A DNA stretch of 32,000 nt, from the NCBI GenBank assembly GCA_963718045.1, contig OY970350.1, positions 390,001 to 422,000 of the forward strand, in the 5' to 3' direction. The notes under the pieces were generated by a model. The model saw only the letters and a program-made list of their open reading frames with translations, was not told the DNA's origin and did not search any database. Source of the DNA: Candidatus Saccharimonadota bacterium (lineage in GTDB: Bacteria > Patescibacteriota > Saccharimonadia > Saccharimonadales > UBA4665). The stretch's first letter is position 1. Each line of letters begins with the position of its first letter. A program made the position numbers and the translations under genes. Below, in pieces: positions 1-10,900 of this stretch.

Positions 1-37
1 TAAAGAGTTAGTAAGGACAATTCTAAGAAAGCTGAAA

Positions 38-685
38 CTAAAAGAAGCTAGCAAAGTTTTGGACTGCGGACTGGGTCTTGCCTAAGTGGTTATTCATGGC
101 TTCTATACGCGATCTAAGTTTGGCAGGATCATTTGCTCCGACGAGCATAATTCTATAAAACTGCCTTTTGAGAAACTCCATTGAATTTTCATCTTCTTGT
201 TCAGTAGGTATCTTTTGAATTGAATCTGGGTGAATACCCGTCTTTGATGCAAATATAATAAATCGTTCTAAATGATGTAGATGACTGACCACCCCAAGAG
301 GGTTGTCCGGGTCAATAGTAGCGGGATCTATATAACCAAGTTCAATACAGTTTAATATGTTTTCGGCAGTTGATGTGGACTCAGTTTCTGTCTCTATGAG
401 TCTAGAAGGGATTTCCGCTTCCATTAAAAGTCCGGCTATTAAACTAGCTTCTCGTTGTGACTCAGGTACATATTCACCGTTTTGGCCGTGGCTATGGCCT
501 CCGGTACATACGATCATTGCGCCCCTAGCTAGAAAACGAGCTTCTTCCTCATAGTAATACTCAATTGTCCTATCGGCACGCTCTGTTGAATGCTGATGGA
601 GCATCAACTGTCCATAGTCGTCGATGGTCAATCCGCCTCCTAAGACCATCAATTGATTGGCCGCAACTGTATTTACCTCAGACAT
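38..685 (-). CDS. DUF218 / YdcF-SanA-ElyC-like protein
   Basis: 215-aa ORF with ATG start. It has glycine-rich VLGGG and CTGGHSHG segments and an ETESTSTAEN motif resembling the conserved E-x-S-x-x-T-x-E-N signature of DUF218 domains. Follows fusA on the same strand. Confidence 0.55.
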   Translation of the reverse strand: MSEVNTVAANQLMVLGGGLTIDDYGQLMLHQHSTERADRTIEYYYEEEARFLARGAMIVCTGGHSHGQNGEYVPESQREASLIAGLLMEAEIPSRLIETETESTSTAENILNCIELGYIDPATIDPDNPLGVVSHLHHLERFIIFASKTGIHPDSIQKIPTEQEDENSMEFLKRQFYRIMLVGANDPAKLRSRIEAMNNHLGKTQSAVQNFASFF

Positions 686-717
686 AGCGTTACTAACATA
701 TATTAGACTCCCTATTA

Positions 718-2805
718 TTACTTAGCGCTCTTAGAAATTATTTCTTCGGCAACGTTTCTGGGAACGTCTGCATAGTGGCTAAGCTCCATTGTACTTGAAG
801 CTCTGCCCTGGGTCATGCTCCGAAGATTGGTGGTATAACCAAACATTTCGCCTAAAGGAACAAAGGCTGTTATTTCTTTAATACCGCCGCTTAAATCTTC
901 CATCGACTCAATATGGCCTCTTTTGGAGTTTAGATCACCAATGACATCACCCATGTAGTTTTCGGGTGTTACAACAACTAGCTTCATGATAGGTTCAAGA
1001 ATTACAGGGTTTGCTTTTTTGACACCGTCCTGCAGGGCAATGGATCCGGCTATAGAGAAAGCCATTTCAGAAGAGTCAACTTCGTGGTAGCTGCCGTCAT
1101 AGAGCTCGGCCCTTATATCTACTACCGGATAGCCGGCTATGACACCGTTACCCATGGCCTCTTCAATGCCTTTTTTAACAGCCGGGATGTATTCGTTAGG
1201 CACTACCCCACCCTTGATTGAGTTAATGAATTCATAGCCTTTGCCAGGTTCGTTTTGGAATATTCTTATCCAGACATCACCGTATTGCCCACGGCCGCCT
1301 GATTGACGGATGAACTTACCGTTTGCCTCAACGCCGTCCTTGCGAATAGTTTCACGGTAGGCAACCTGGGGCTGACCGACGTTAGCCTCGACGTTAAATT
1401 CACGCTTCATGCGGTCGACAATAATTTCCAGGTGAAGTTCACCCATGCCGCTAATTATTGTTTGTCCTGTTTCGTCATCAACGCGGATTCTAAAGGTTGG
1501 GTCTTCTTCAGCTAAACGTCCTAATGCTAGACTCATCTTCTCTTGGTCGATCTTAGTCTTTGGTTCGATAGCAATAGAGACAGGCGGTTCAGGGAAAGTT
1601 ATACTCTCTAGGATTATCGGGTTATTTGGATCACACAGCGTGTGTCCAGTGGTGGTTTCTTTAAGTCCGACAATGGCGGCTATATCGCCGGCCATAACTT
1701 CAGATACGTCTTCTCTTTTATCAGCCTGCATCCGAACTACCCGACCAACCCGCTCTTTTTCACCTGTGCTGCTGTTTAAAATATACGATCCGGCATTTAA
1801 CTTGCCTGAATAAACCCTAAAGTAGGCTAATTTACCAACAAATGGATCTGTCGAAATTTTAAAAGCCAAGGCACAGAATGGCTGGGCATTGTCAGGCTTT
1901 CTTTCAATCTCATCTCCAGTTTTTGGGTGAGTGCCCCATGTACTGCCTCTATCGACAGGGCTGGGTAAAAGATCATTGACGGCATCAAGTACCTTTTCAA
2001 CAATAACGCCGCGGCCGTCACCACCAGTTACGGCAAAAAACTTACCGGTTAAGACAGCATTTCTAATGGCTGATTTAACTTCATGAGGGCTTAGACTATT
2101 CTCACCGAATTCAAGATATTTTTCGAGAAGTGTCTCATCTTCAGCTACGGCATTTTCAATTAATAAGCTGCGGTAGCGCTTAACTTCATCGGCCATGTTT
2201 TCCGGAATTTCACCCTCAGTTAACTCATGGTCAGTATAGTCCTTATACGTATAGGCCTTTAGATTAACTAAATCGACAATACCACTTACTTTTTGTTCGA
2301 AACCGATCGGCAGATGGATGGGAAAAGCGCGTTTGCTTAGCCGGTTATGGATTGATTCCAGGGATTTATAAAAATCGCCGCCTGTTTGGTTAATCTTGTT
2401 TATAAAACAGATACGAGGCACGCCGTATTTGTTAGCCTGGCGCCAAACAGTTTCACTTTGTGATTCAACGCCCATTTTACCGTCAAAAACGACAACAGCT
2501 CCGTCTAAGACTCTTAGTGAACGCTCAACTTCAACAGTAAAGTCAATGTGGCCGGGGGTATCAATAATATTGATCTGGTGCCCTTTCCAGTAACAAGTGA
2601 CAGCTGCCGAGACAATGGTAATGCCCCGTTCCCGTTCCTGGGCCATCCAATCAGTTGTCGTATCGCCTTCGTGAACGGCACCTATTTTGTGCTTCAGTCC
2701 TGTTCTATATAGGATGCCCTCAGTTGTGGTTGTTTTACCAGCATCAATATGAGCAATAATGCCAATGTTGCGAAGTTTGTCGATTGTGTATTTAGCGTCT
2801 GACAC
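718..2805 (-). CDS. fusA: translation elongation factor G
   Basis: 695 aa with full-length EF-G architecture. G1 [10 protein letters not shown]2 RGITI and G3 DTPGH are present. GTG start with an AGGA Shine-Dalgarno about 9 nt upstream. Located in str-operon context after rpsL-rpsG. G4 and G5 are atypical (see findings). Confidence 0.96.
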   Translation of the reverse strand: MSDAKYTIDKLRNIGIIAHIDAGKTTTTEGILYRTGLKHKIGAVHEGDTTTDWMAQERERGITIVSAAVTCYWKGHQINIIDTPGHIDFTVEVERSLRVLDGAVVVFDGKMGVESQSETVWRQANKYGVPRICFINKINQTGGDFYKSLESIHNRLSKRAFPIHLPIGFEQKVSGIVDLVNLKAYTYKDYTDHELTEGEIPENMADEVKRYRSLLIENAVAEDETLLEKYLEFGENSLSPHEVKSAIRNAVLTGKFFAVTGGDGRGVIVEKVLDAVNDLLPSPVDRGSTWGTHPKTGDEIERKPDNAQPFCALAFKISTDPFVGKLAYFRVYSGKLNAGSYILNSSTGEKERVGRVVRMQADKREDVSEVMAGDIAAIVGLKETTTGHTLCDPNNPIILESITFPEPPVSIAIEPKTKIDQEKMSLALGRLAEEDPTFRIRVDDETGQTIISGMGELHLEIIVDRMKREFNVEANVGQPQVAYRETIRKDGVEANGKFIRQSGGRGQYGDVWIRIFQNEPGKGYEFINSIKGGVVPNEYIPAVKKGIEEAMGNGVIAGYPVVDIRAELYDGSYHEVDSSEMAFSIAGSIALQDGVKKANPVILEPIMKLVVVTPENYMGDVIGDLNSKRGHIESMEDLSGGIKEITAFVPLGEMFGYTTNLRSMTQGRASSTMELSHYADVPRNVAEEIISKSAK

Positions 2806-2823
2806 TTATTTGTCCTTTAATAT

Positions 2824-3093
2824 TTAACTTGTTCCTTGGCCATTTTCTCGTCCAGCGTGACGTATAAGTGTGTCTATTAAGGCTTTAGCTGGACGGCGTA
2901 CAAGAGGATATAACGGCGAAGCAATTAATACTGGCCATTCTTCGCCGTCTATACTTAACAACTCACTCTGCCGAGTTAAGAAACCGATGTATTTGGCTCT
3001 AAAGTTATTTTCGGTATTCAGACTTTCTTCTCGCAAGTCAAGCACAGGAAGGTCAAGCATTTCTTCAGGGTGAGGACTATATTCGCCATCCAT
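2824..3093 (-). CDS. hypothetical protein (orphan ORF inside the str operon)
   Basis: 89-aa ORF co-directional with rpsG and fusA. Its ATG at 3093 lies 2 nt after the rpsG TAA (TAAccATG), with AAGG about 9 nt upstream. It ends 18 nt before the fusA GTG. No motif recognised. Acidic N-terminal half. Confidence 0.45.
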   Translation of the reverse strand: MDGEYSPHPEEMLDLPVLDLREESLNTENNFRAKYIGFLTRQSELLSIDGEEWPVLIASPLYPLVRRPAKALIDTLIRHAGRENGQGTS

Positions 3094-3095
3094 GG

Positions 3096-3575
3096 TTAAA
3101 ACCTTGCAAAGTGAGCAAACGCTCGGTTAGCTTCAGCCATTTTATGGGTATCCTCACGCTTCTTAACTGCACCGCCTTGATTGCGGTAAGCATCTTCAAG
3201 CTCCTGCGCTATTCTATCGGACATTGGTATACCCTTACGGCTTCTGGCAGCTTGAACAAACCACATAGTTTTTAAGTGCTGCTGTCTTTGTCCTTTAACT
3301 TCAAAAGGTATCTGGTAGTTAGCGCCGCCAACACGTCTTGAGCGGGTTTCAATATGGGGTTCAATATTCTTCATGGCTTGTTCAAAAACATCGAGCGGGT
3401 TTTGGATTTTAAGTTTTTTGGCAGCTTTTTCCATACCGCTATAGACAATCTTCTCAGCCAGTTGTTTCTTGCCGTTTAACATAACCCTGTTAATTACCTT
3501 CTGAACCTGGACCGATTCATACATGCGGTCAGGCTGAACCTGCCTAACTAAGGATCTGGTGACTTTTCGGGGCAT
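3096..3575 (-). CDS. rpsG: 30S ribosomal protein S7
   Basis: 159 aa with typical S7 sequence (MPRK..., ...VGGANYQIP.EV..., ...AHFARF). Starts immediately after the rpsL stop. Confidence 0.97.
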   Translation of the reverse strand: MPRKVTRSLVRQVQPDRMYESVQVQKVINRVMLNGKKQLAEKIVYSGMEKAAKKLKIQNPLDVFEQAMKNIEPHIETRSRRVGGANYQIPFEVKGQRQQHLKTMWFVQAARSRKGIPMSDRIAQELEDAYRNQGGAVKKREDTHKMAEANRAFAHFARF

Positions 3576-3989
3576 CTATTTAGATCCCTTCTTAGTGCCA
3601 TATTTAGAACGGCCTTTCTTGCGGTCATTGACACCCTGAAGGTCTAAGCTGCCGCGGACTATGTGGTAACGGACACCAGGAAGATCTTTGACTCTGCCGC
3701 CCCTGACAAGCACGGCTGCATGTTCCTGTAGGTTGTGTCCCTCACCGCCAATATATGCCCAAACCTCATAGCCGTTGGTAAGTCTAACCCTAGCAACTTT
3801 ACGGAGAGCCGAGTTAGGTTTCTTAGGAGTTTTCGTGGTTACTTTTACACAGACACCGCGTTTAAATGGTGCCGACTTTTCGTAGCTAATATTTTTTAGG
3901 TTATTAACCACGCGCTGCATTGCCGGAGACTTACTCCTAGCATTCGCCTTAGAGCGGGGTTTACGAACTAATTGATTGATGGTTGGCAA
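3576..3989 (-). CDS. rpsL: 30S ribosomal protein S12
   Basis: 137 aa ([10 protein letters not shown]..., [33 protein letters not shown]). TTG start with a GAAGGGG Shine-Dalgarno upstream. Confidence 0.97.
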   Translation of the reverse strand: MPTINQLVRKPRSKANARSKSPAMQRVVNNLKNISYEKSAPFKRGVCVKVTTKTPKKPNSALRKVARVRLTNGYEVWAYIGGEGHNLQEHAAVLVRGGRVKDLPGVRYHIVRGSLDLQGVNDRKKGRSKYGTKKGSK

Positions 3990-4096
3990 TTTATTCCCCT
4001 TCTAGAGTCTGAAGTTTCTACTGCTTCAAATAGTATTGCCTTTATCTATTTGGCTCAGAAACTAACTCAATTTATACCTTTATTTGCTTTAGTCAT

Positions 4097-4125
4097 ATTT
4101 TAACAGATGGCGCTATGGTTATCAA
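4097..4125 (-). promoter_or_regulatory. sigma70-like promoter for rpsL-rpsG-orf89-fusA
   Basis: The minus strand reads TTGATA (4120..4125), a 17-nt spacer, then TAAAAT (4097..4102). It sits directly after the rpoC stop and about 100 nt upstream of rpsL. Confidence 0.5.
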
Positions 4126-4133
4126 GGGGATAG

Positions 4134-7100
4134 TTAGCCGACTGCTAATTCTTCATCCGCGACAACTAAATTTTCATCATCACTCTTAAATCCGGTACCA
4201 ACTGGTATTTTGCGGCCCAATATTACGTTCTCTTTAAGGCCGTATAGCTTATCTACCTTACCAGATGTGGCAGCACTAATTAGAACTCTGGTTGTGTCCT
4301 GGAATGAAGCGGCACTTAAAAAAGAATCAGTACTTAGTGAAGCTTTGGTTATACCAAGAAGCAGCTGGACAACCTTGGCTGGTTTCTTGCCGGCTTTAAC
4401 CAATTTTTCATTAGCTTCAACGGCAGCTAATTTACTGACTATGTCTCCGGTTACAAACTCGCTGTCAGCCGCATCTTCAATTTGGACTCGGCTAAACATT
4501 TGCCTGACTATGATCTCTAGGTGCTTATCGGCAATGTTCTGACCCTGGCCGGCAAAGATACGAAGTATTTCATTCATGATATACCGCTGGGTAGCTTCTA
4601 CACCCTGAAGTCTCATGAGATCGTGCAGGTTAACCGAACCATTGGTTAATTTTTGACCGGCGGTAACTTTGTCGCCATCTTTAACCTGAAGCTGTTTAAA
4701 GCCAGGGATTTCGTACCTTAAGACGCTTTTCTTAGTTGGGTTAATTCTTATGTCTTTCTTAGCGATATCTAATCTGCCGGCCATAGGCGCAATGAGTGGT
4801 TCACTGCCATCCTCTTGGGCTGCAATCACATCACCGACGGCGACATCGGAACCACTAGCAAGCAATGCCTTACGATCACCGAGTTTTAAGGAAACTGTTT
4901 CTTTAGAGTCAGCAGCCACCTGGACAATGTAGTGGTCGCCTTCTTCCCATGTACTGACAGTACCGGTAATTTCAGTCAGGTAGGCCTGGCCTTTTGGTGT
5001 CCTGCCTTCAAACAATTCTTCAACTCGGGACAAACCCTGGGCTGTGTCATCAGCCAGGACAACACCGGCGCGGTGCTTAGAGTCAAGGCTAAGCTGCGTA
5101 CCAGGTTCACCAATACTCTGGGCAGCAATGACACCTATGGGATGGTGGTCAGCAACAAGGTTTCCGGTAGCCGGGTCGACACCGTATGAACGACGGTCGA
5201 CACCTTTAACACTGCCTGAAGAGAGAGCACTCATTATCTTAACGCCGTCAATTGATTCATCGGCGTCTATTTTATCGGCTATAGCTTTAGTAATCAGCTC
5301 GCCCTTCTTAACAAGAGTTGGTATTTTTTGAGCAGCAAATCGGCCGACTAGTCGTGATCCATAGGAAACGCCAATTTCCTGAGCGTCTGATCTAAGCATG
5401 GCAAAGCCTGGATCTGAGCTGTCATCTTCAATAGTAAAGACATCCTGAGCGACATCAACCAGGCGCCTGGTCAGATAACCGGCGTCGGCTGTTTTAAGGG
5501 CAATATCTATTAAGGCTTTTCGGGTTCCCCTGGTGCCAGTGAAGTATTCCAGTGGGTCAAGACCGTGAACATAGCCAGACTTAATCGGCAGTTCTATAGC
5601 CTGTCCTGAAGCATCGGATTGAACGCCAAGCATACCGACGGACATCTTCATCTGGGAGATGTTGCCTCTTGAACCGGAAGTTATGGCAATTGCCATTGAG
5701 GAGTCTTTGTCGGCCATCTGATCAGCTAGTAATTCCTGAACTTGGGTGTCTATTTTTGTCCAGTTTTCAACAGTTAAACGGTGTCTTTCGTCTTCGTTTA
5801 TAAAGCCTTGCTCAAACTGATCAGCAATAGCTGAAGATCTTTCCTCACCCCCTTCAATTAACTTGTCTGTACCAATTATTTCACTGAAGTCACCCATGCC
5901 CATGGACAGGCCAGATAGTGTAGCGTAGTAGAAGCCGAGATCTTTAAGACCATCGGCTATTTCGGCTGTCTTTTCCTGACCGTAAGTAGCATAGACTGTA
6001 GCCATTACCTGCTGAAGTTTCTTCTTGGTCATGGTTTCATCCTGGAAGACAAAATCATCAGGAAAGATTTCATTAAATAATATACGCCCGATTGTAGTTT
6101 CTCTAGTTTCACCTCTGAACGGCAGGCGGACAAATGACTGAAGCTTAATCTTGTCTTTATCCAGAGCCATCAAGGCTTCTTCCAGCGAGCTAAAGACAGT
6201 TACATCCTTGGATTGGTTTGGTCTGATGTATGTCAGGTAGTAGCAGCCAAGGACTATATCCTGCTCAATATGGAGGATTGGTGAACCGTCGGCTGGTTTT
6301 AACAGGTTCTTGTTGGCACCCATTATTTCTCTGGCTTCCTTTTGTGCCTCATCGCTTAGAGGCAGGTGGACAGCCATTTGGTCGCCGTCAAAGTCAGCAT
6401 TGAAGCCTTTACAAACCAGCGGATGAAGCTGGATAGCCCGGCCTTCAATTAATACTGGCTGGAAAGCCTGAATGCTTAATCTGTGAAGGCTTGGAGCACG
6501 GTTTAATAGGACATATTTGCCCTTGATGACCTCATCTAAGGCATCCCAGACAACTGTTTCGGCCATTTCAATAAGTCTTGAGGCGCTTCTAATATTGTGA
6601 GCTTGTTCACGGGCTATTAATTCACCGATTACAAATGGCTTAAACAGTTCAAGGGCCATCATCTTAGGCAGTCCGCACTGGTTAATCTTAAGTTCAGGAC
6701 CAGACACAATTACTGACCGTCCCGAGTAGTCTACACGCTTACCAAGCAGGTTCTGACGGAAACGTCCCTGTTTGCCCTTTAAAAGGTCTGAAAGACTCTT
6801 AAGCCTACGTCTCTGACCGCTGGCAGCTACTGCCCGGCCGGATCTTGTCGAATTGTTGTCTATTAGGGCATCAACTGCTTCTTGAAGCATCCGCTGTTCG
6901 TTGCGTCTAATCACTTCCGGTGCGTTTAGGTCAATTAGTTTTTTAAGCCGGTTATTTCGGTTAATTACCCGTCTATAAAGGTCGTTAAGGTCTGAAGTTG
7001 CAAACCGGCCACCAGTTAGCTGAACCATTGGCCTAAGATCCGGCGGAATGACTGGTAATACCGTAATACAGGTTGAGCTTGGCGAAATACCAGCCCGCTG

Positions 7101-7955
7101 CATGTTTTCCAGCAGTCTAAGGCGTTTCATAATCTTTTTCTTTCTTTGACCTTTAGCTTCTTCAGCTTCGGCGGTTAGCTCTTCAACCAGTTTAGAAAGA
7201 TCAATGTCATCAAGCAGGGCTTTTAAGGCACTGCCGCCCATGCCGACTTCAATTAAGCCTTTAAGTTCATCGGGCAGGTTGCGGTAATCTGTTTCACTTA
7301 AGAGATTTAGCTTTTCAAGTGTAATAACCTGGGCTTTATAGGCATCAAACTGGGCAGTAAGTTCGGTCAGTTCTTTAGTTCGCATTTCAGCCAGCGCCTT
7401 AATGTTAGCTTCTTCGCTTTTAGCTTCGTTATCGTAGCGTATAGTTATAGCTTCCTTAGCAGCATTAAATTCGGCTTCTTTGTCTTGCAGCAGCTGGTCT
7501 CGCTTTGTAACGTCCACTTGCTTAATTATGTAGCTGGCGAAATAGGCAACTCTTTCCAGGTTTTTAACGGTCATGCCAAGAAGAAGTCCCATAGCCGACG
7601 GGGTGCCCCGGAGGAACCAAATGTGAGCTACTGGTACGGCCAGGATAATGTGTCCCATCCGCTCTCTTCTGACTATAGATTTCGTAACTAGTTCCCCATT
7701 TTTATCGACAGCCGCTTCACGGCTTCTAACACCCTTATATTTGGCATCATGGGGGTTAATATCTTTTACCGGACCGAATATTCTTTCGCAGAACAGACCG
7801 TCTCTTTCCGGTTTTTGGGTTCGGTAGTTAATTGTTTCAGGTTTTGTTACTTCGCCGTAACTCCAATCTAATATGTCATTGCTGCTGGCAACCGCTAGCC
7901 GGACTGCATCAAAATCGGCTATGTCAGTAGAAACTTGGCTTCGTCCTTGGTTCAT
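4134..7955 (-). CDS. rpoC: DNA-directed RNA polymerase subunit beta-prime
   Basis: 1273 aa with catalytic [22 protein letters not shown], the bridge-helix and trigger-loop regions, and [23 protein letters not shown] Shine-Dalgarno upstream. Both canonical Zn-Cys4 sites are absent (see findings). Confidence 0.98.
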   Translation of the reverse strand: MNQGRSQVSTDIADFDAVRLAVASSNDILDWSYGEVTKPETINYRTQKPERDGLFCERIFGPVKDINPHDAKYKGVRSREAAVDKNGELVTKSIVRRERMGHIILAVPVAHIWFLRGTPSAMGLLLGMTVKNLERVAYFASYIIKQVDVTKRDQLLQDKEAEFNAAKEAITIRYDNEAKSEEANIKALAEMRTKELTELTAQFDAYKAQVITLEKLNLLSETDYRNLPDELKGLIEVGMGGSALKALLDDIDLSKLVEELTAEAEEAKGQRKKKIMKRLRLLENMQRAGISPSSTCITVLPVIPPDLRPMVQLTGGRFATSDLNDLYRRVINRNNRLKKLIDLNAPEVIRRNEQRMLQEAVDALIDNNSTRSGRAVAASGQRRRLKSLSDLLKGKQGRFRQNLLGKRVDYSGRSVIVSGPELKINQCGLPKMMALELFKPFVIGELIAREQAHNIRSASRLIEMAETVVWDALDEVIKGKYVLLNRAPSLHRLSIQAFQPVLIEGRAIQLHPLVCKGFNADFDGDQMAVHLPLSDEAQKEAREIMGANKNLLKPADGSPILHIEQDIVLGCYYLTYIRPNQSKDVTVFSSLEEALMALDKDKIKLQSFVRLPFRGETRETTIGRILFNEIFPDDFVFQDETMTKKKLQQVMATVYATYGQEKTAEIADGLKDLGFYYATLSGLSMGMGDFSEIIGTDKLIEGGEERSSAIADQFEQGFINEDERHRLTVENWTKIDTQVQELLADQMADKDSSMAIAITSGSRGNISQMKMSVGMLGVQSDASGQAIELPIKSGYVHGLDPLEYFTGTRGTRKALIDIALKTADAGYLTRRLVDVAQDVFTIEDDSSDPGFAMLRSDAQEIGVSYGSRLVGRFAAQKIPTLVKKGELITKAIADKIDADESIDGVKIMSALSSGSVKGVDRRSYGVDPATGNLVADHHPIGVIAAQSIGEPGTQLSLDSKHRAGVVLADDTAQGLSRVEELFEGRTPKGQAYLTEITGTVSTWEEGDHYIVQVAADSKETVSLKLGDRKALLASGSDVAVGDVIAAQEDGSEPLIAPMAGRLDIAKKDIRINPTKKSVLRYEIPGFKQLQVKDGDKVTAGQKLTNGSVNLHDLMRLQGVEATQRYIMNEILRIFAGQGQNIADKHLEIIVRQMFSRVQIEDAADSEFVTGDIVSKLAAVEANEKLVKAGKKPAKVVQLLLGITKASLSTDSFLSAASFQDTTRVLISAATSGKVDKLYGLKENVILGRKIPVGTGFKSDDENLVVADEELAVG

Positions 7956-7969
7956 CTTCGGTTACCTCC

Positions 7970-10900
7970 TTATCCTTCTTTAATTAATTCTTCGTTCGAT
8001 TCAGTGACAGCCGGGACAACATCATCGCTGTCTTCGATAGCAAGATCATTAGGCGTTTCAACAGTTATCTCGTCATCAACTTCGGCGACAGAAAACTCAT
8101 CAACTGGTGCCTCTTCGCTCATATCGACATCAGAAACTTCTGGTTCCGGAACTTCTATAGCCGGCTGATTGGTCGCTTCACTATGAATACTGCTGGCTAG
8201 AATTGCTTCGGCATCAACCAGGCTGTCTGATTTAATCAGGTCAACTTTAAGACCTAGGCCTTGCAATTCTTTAACTAGAACGTTGAAGCTTTCGGGAATC
8301 TTAGGTCCGACAATGGCTGTCTTTTTAATGATTGATTCATAAGCTTTACTTCGGCCGTAAACATCGTCTGATTTAATAGTCAGCATTTCCTGTAAAGTAT
8401 TAGCGGCACCGTACGCTTCAAGAGCCCAGACTTCCATTTCACCGAATCTTTGACCGCCGTTTTGGGCTTTTCCGCCCAGTGGCTGCTGGGTCACCATTGT
8501 GTATGGACCAGTTGAACGGGCGTGGATCTTATCGGCAACCATGTGGTTCAGCTTAATCATATACATAGAACCGACTGTCGTTCTTTCCTTAAATGCTTCA
8601 CCGGTACGGCCGTCATATAGCTGCTGTTTACCGTCTTTTGGCAGACCGGCTTTCTCTAACAGTTCTTCTATCTTTACTGCTGGCACACCGTTAAATGACG
8701 GGCTGGCAACTTTAAAACCTAAAACTCGGGCGGCCATTCCTAGATGGGTTTCAAATAGCTGTCCGACGTTCATTCTTGAGGGGACACCCAGGGGGTTCAG
8801 TATTATGTCTACCGGCGTACCATCCTCCATAAACGGCATATCTTCAATCGGTAATATACGGGCTATTACACCCTTGTTACCATGTCTTCCGCCTAACTTA
8901 TCGCCGACAGATATCTTCCTCATTTGAGCAACGAATACTTGGATTTGTTTTATAACCCCGGCTTTTAATTCATGGCCGTTTTCGCGGGAGAATATCTTAA
9001 CGCCGACAACTTTGCCGTGTTTACCGTTGCTCATGCGCTGGGAAGTGTCTCTGACTTCTTTAGCCTTCTCGCCAAATATTGCCCGGAGTAATCTTTCTTC
9101 CGAGGACAGTTCCTGCTCACCCTTAGGCGTAATCTTACCGACTAAGATATCGCCGGGGTGGACTTCAGCGCCTATATGAACAATACCTTCTTCATCCAAA
9201 TGTCTTAAAGTCTCTTCTGAAACGTTTGGAATGTCGCTGGTAACAATTTCTGGGCCTAACTTTGTTTCCCTAACTTCTATCATGAAGTCGACAATATGGA
9301 CGCTGGTTAAAGTGTCGTCTTCAACTAGCCTTCGGCTGATGATAATGGCGTCTTCGAAGTTATATCCAGCCCAGGGCATAAAGGCACATATCAGGTCTTG
9401 ACCTAGAGCTAATTCACCGCCTTCTATTGACATACCTTCAATTAGAATGTCTCCGGCCTTAACTTTATCGCCGCTCGAGACGCAAACTTTCTGATTTATG
9501 GCCGTACCTTCGTTAGATCTGATAAATCTTTGCGGGATGTAGGTGGTTTTATGGTCTTTATAGGCCACAACAACCTCTTGAGCATTAGCTTTAATCACTT
9601 CACCGTTGCCCTCAGCCAGAATTAGCTGGCCAGTGTTGTCGGCAGCTGGTTTTTCCAGTCCTGTACCAACAATTGGTGAACTGGGCTTAATTAAAGGAAC
9701 GGCCTGTCGTTGCTGGTTTGAACCCATTAGCGAGCGGTAAACGTAGTTCTTTTCTATAAACGGAATAAGGCCGGCTGAAGAGCCTATAACCTGGTTACGG
9801 GCAGCATCCATGAAGTTAACGTCATTGGCATCTACCTCGCCGGTCTTGAGCCTTGTTCTGGCACTGACATTCTCATTAACAAAGTAGCCGTCACTGGTTA
9901 GGTCGGCGCCGCCGCCGGCAATAACGGAACTTTCTTCGGCATAAGCGTCTAGATAAACTATTTCATCACTAACCTTTGCTTTAACCGGCCAGGTAACTTT
10001 AGACGTTACTTTAGCAAGCCGGGACGCCTGACTAGCAGTAATCTTGGCATTTTTTTTAACTATTACTCGGCCTTTATCGTCTTCTAAATCAGCTGCGGCG
10101 ATGTGACCGGCGGCCTTTTTAGCAGTTACAGCGTTAATCACCCGTCTATAAGGTGTTTCAATAAAGCCGTATTCGTTGACACGGGCATAGTTAGCCAGGT
10201 TAAGCACTAGACCAATGTTGGCTCCTTCGGGCGTTTCAACGGCGCATATACGGCCGTAATGTGTAGCATGAGCGTCTCTAACCTCAAAGCCTGCCCGTTC
10301 ACGGCTTAGCCCGCCTGGACCCATCGAACTTAGTCGGCGTTTATGGGCTAGTTCGCTTAATGGATTAATCTGGTCCATGAACTGAGATAGCTGGGAACTG
10401 GCAAAGAATTCTCGAACTGCTGCCACAATTGGCCTGGCATTAATTAGCTGGCTTGGCGTAACCGTTTCAATATCTGACATAGACATGCGGTCCTTGGTGT
10501 TTCGTTCCATCCTTAAAAGACCGATTCTAAATTGTCTTTGGACTAATTCGCCGACTAGCTTCACCCGTCTGTTAGCTAGGCTGTCTATATCGTCAGCTGG
10601 TTCCTGGGTGTTATTAAGTCTTATTATTTCGGCGATGATCGCTTCAATATCTTCTAGCCTTAAAATCCGGCTTTCGGAAGTATTGGGAACATTTAGGTCA
10701 AGACGTTTGTTTATCTTATACCTGCCGACACGGGAAAAGTCGAAGCGTTTGAAGGAATAAAACATGTTTTCTATCAGGCCCCTTGCGTTATCTACGGTTG
10801 CCAGATCACCTGGTCGAAGTCGTCTATATACTTCAATTAAAGCGTCATTCTGACCATGGGTAATATCTTTTTCAAGAGTAGCGCTCAAGTAACTTAATTT

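Noticed and set aside
2870-3073. 67-aa plus-strand ORF opposite orf89
   Set aside because: Ser/Arg-rich composition typical of an antisense frame. It is wrongly oriented relative to the operon and has no start context. The minus-strand ORF with stop-start coupling to rpsG is the better candidate.
10280-10400. Rifampicin-resistance cluster of RpoB reads [20 protein letters not shown] (Ile where E. coli has Asn518)
   Set aside because: The key positions (equivalents of D516, H526, S531) are wild-type. A single natural substitution at a minor position is not evidence of resistance.
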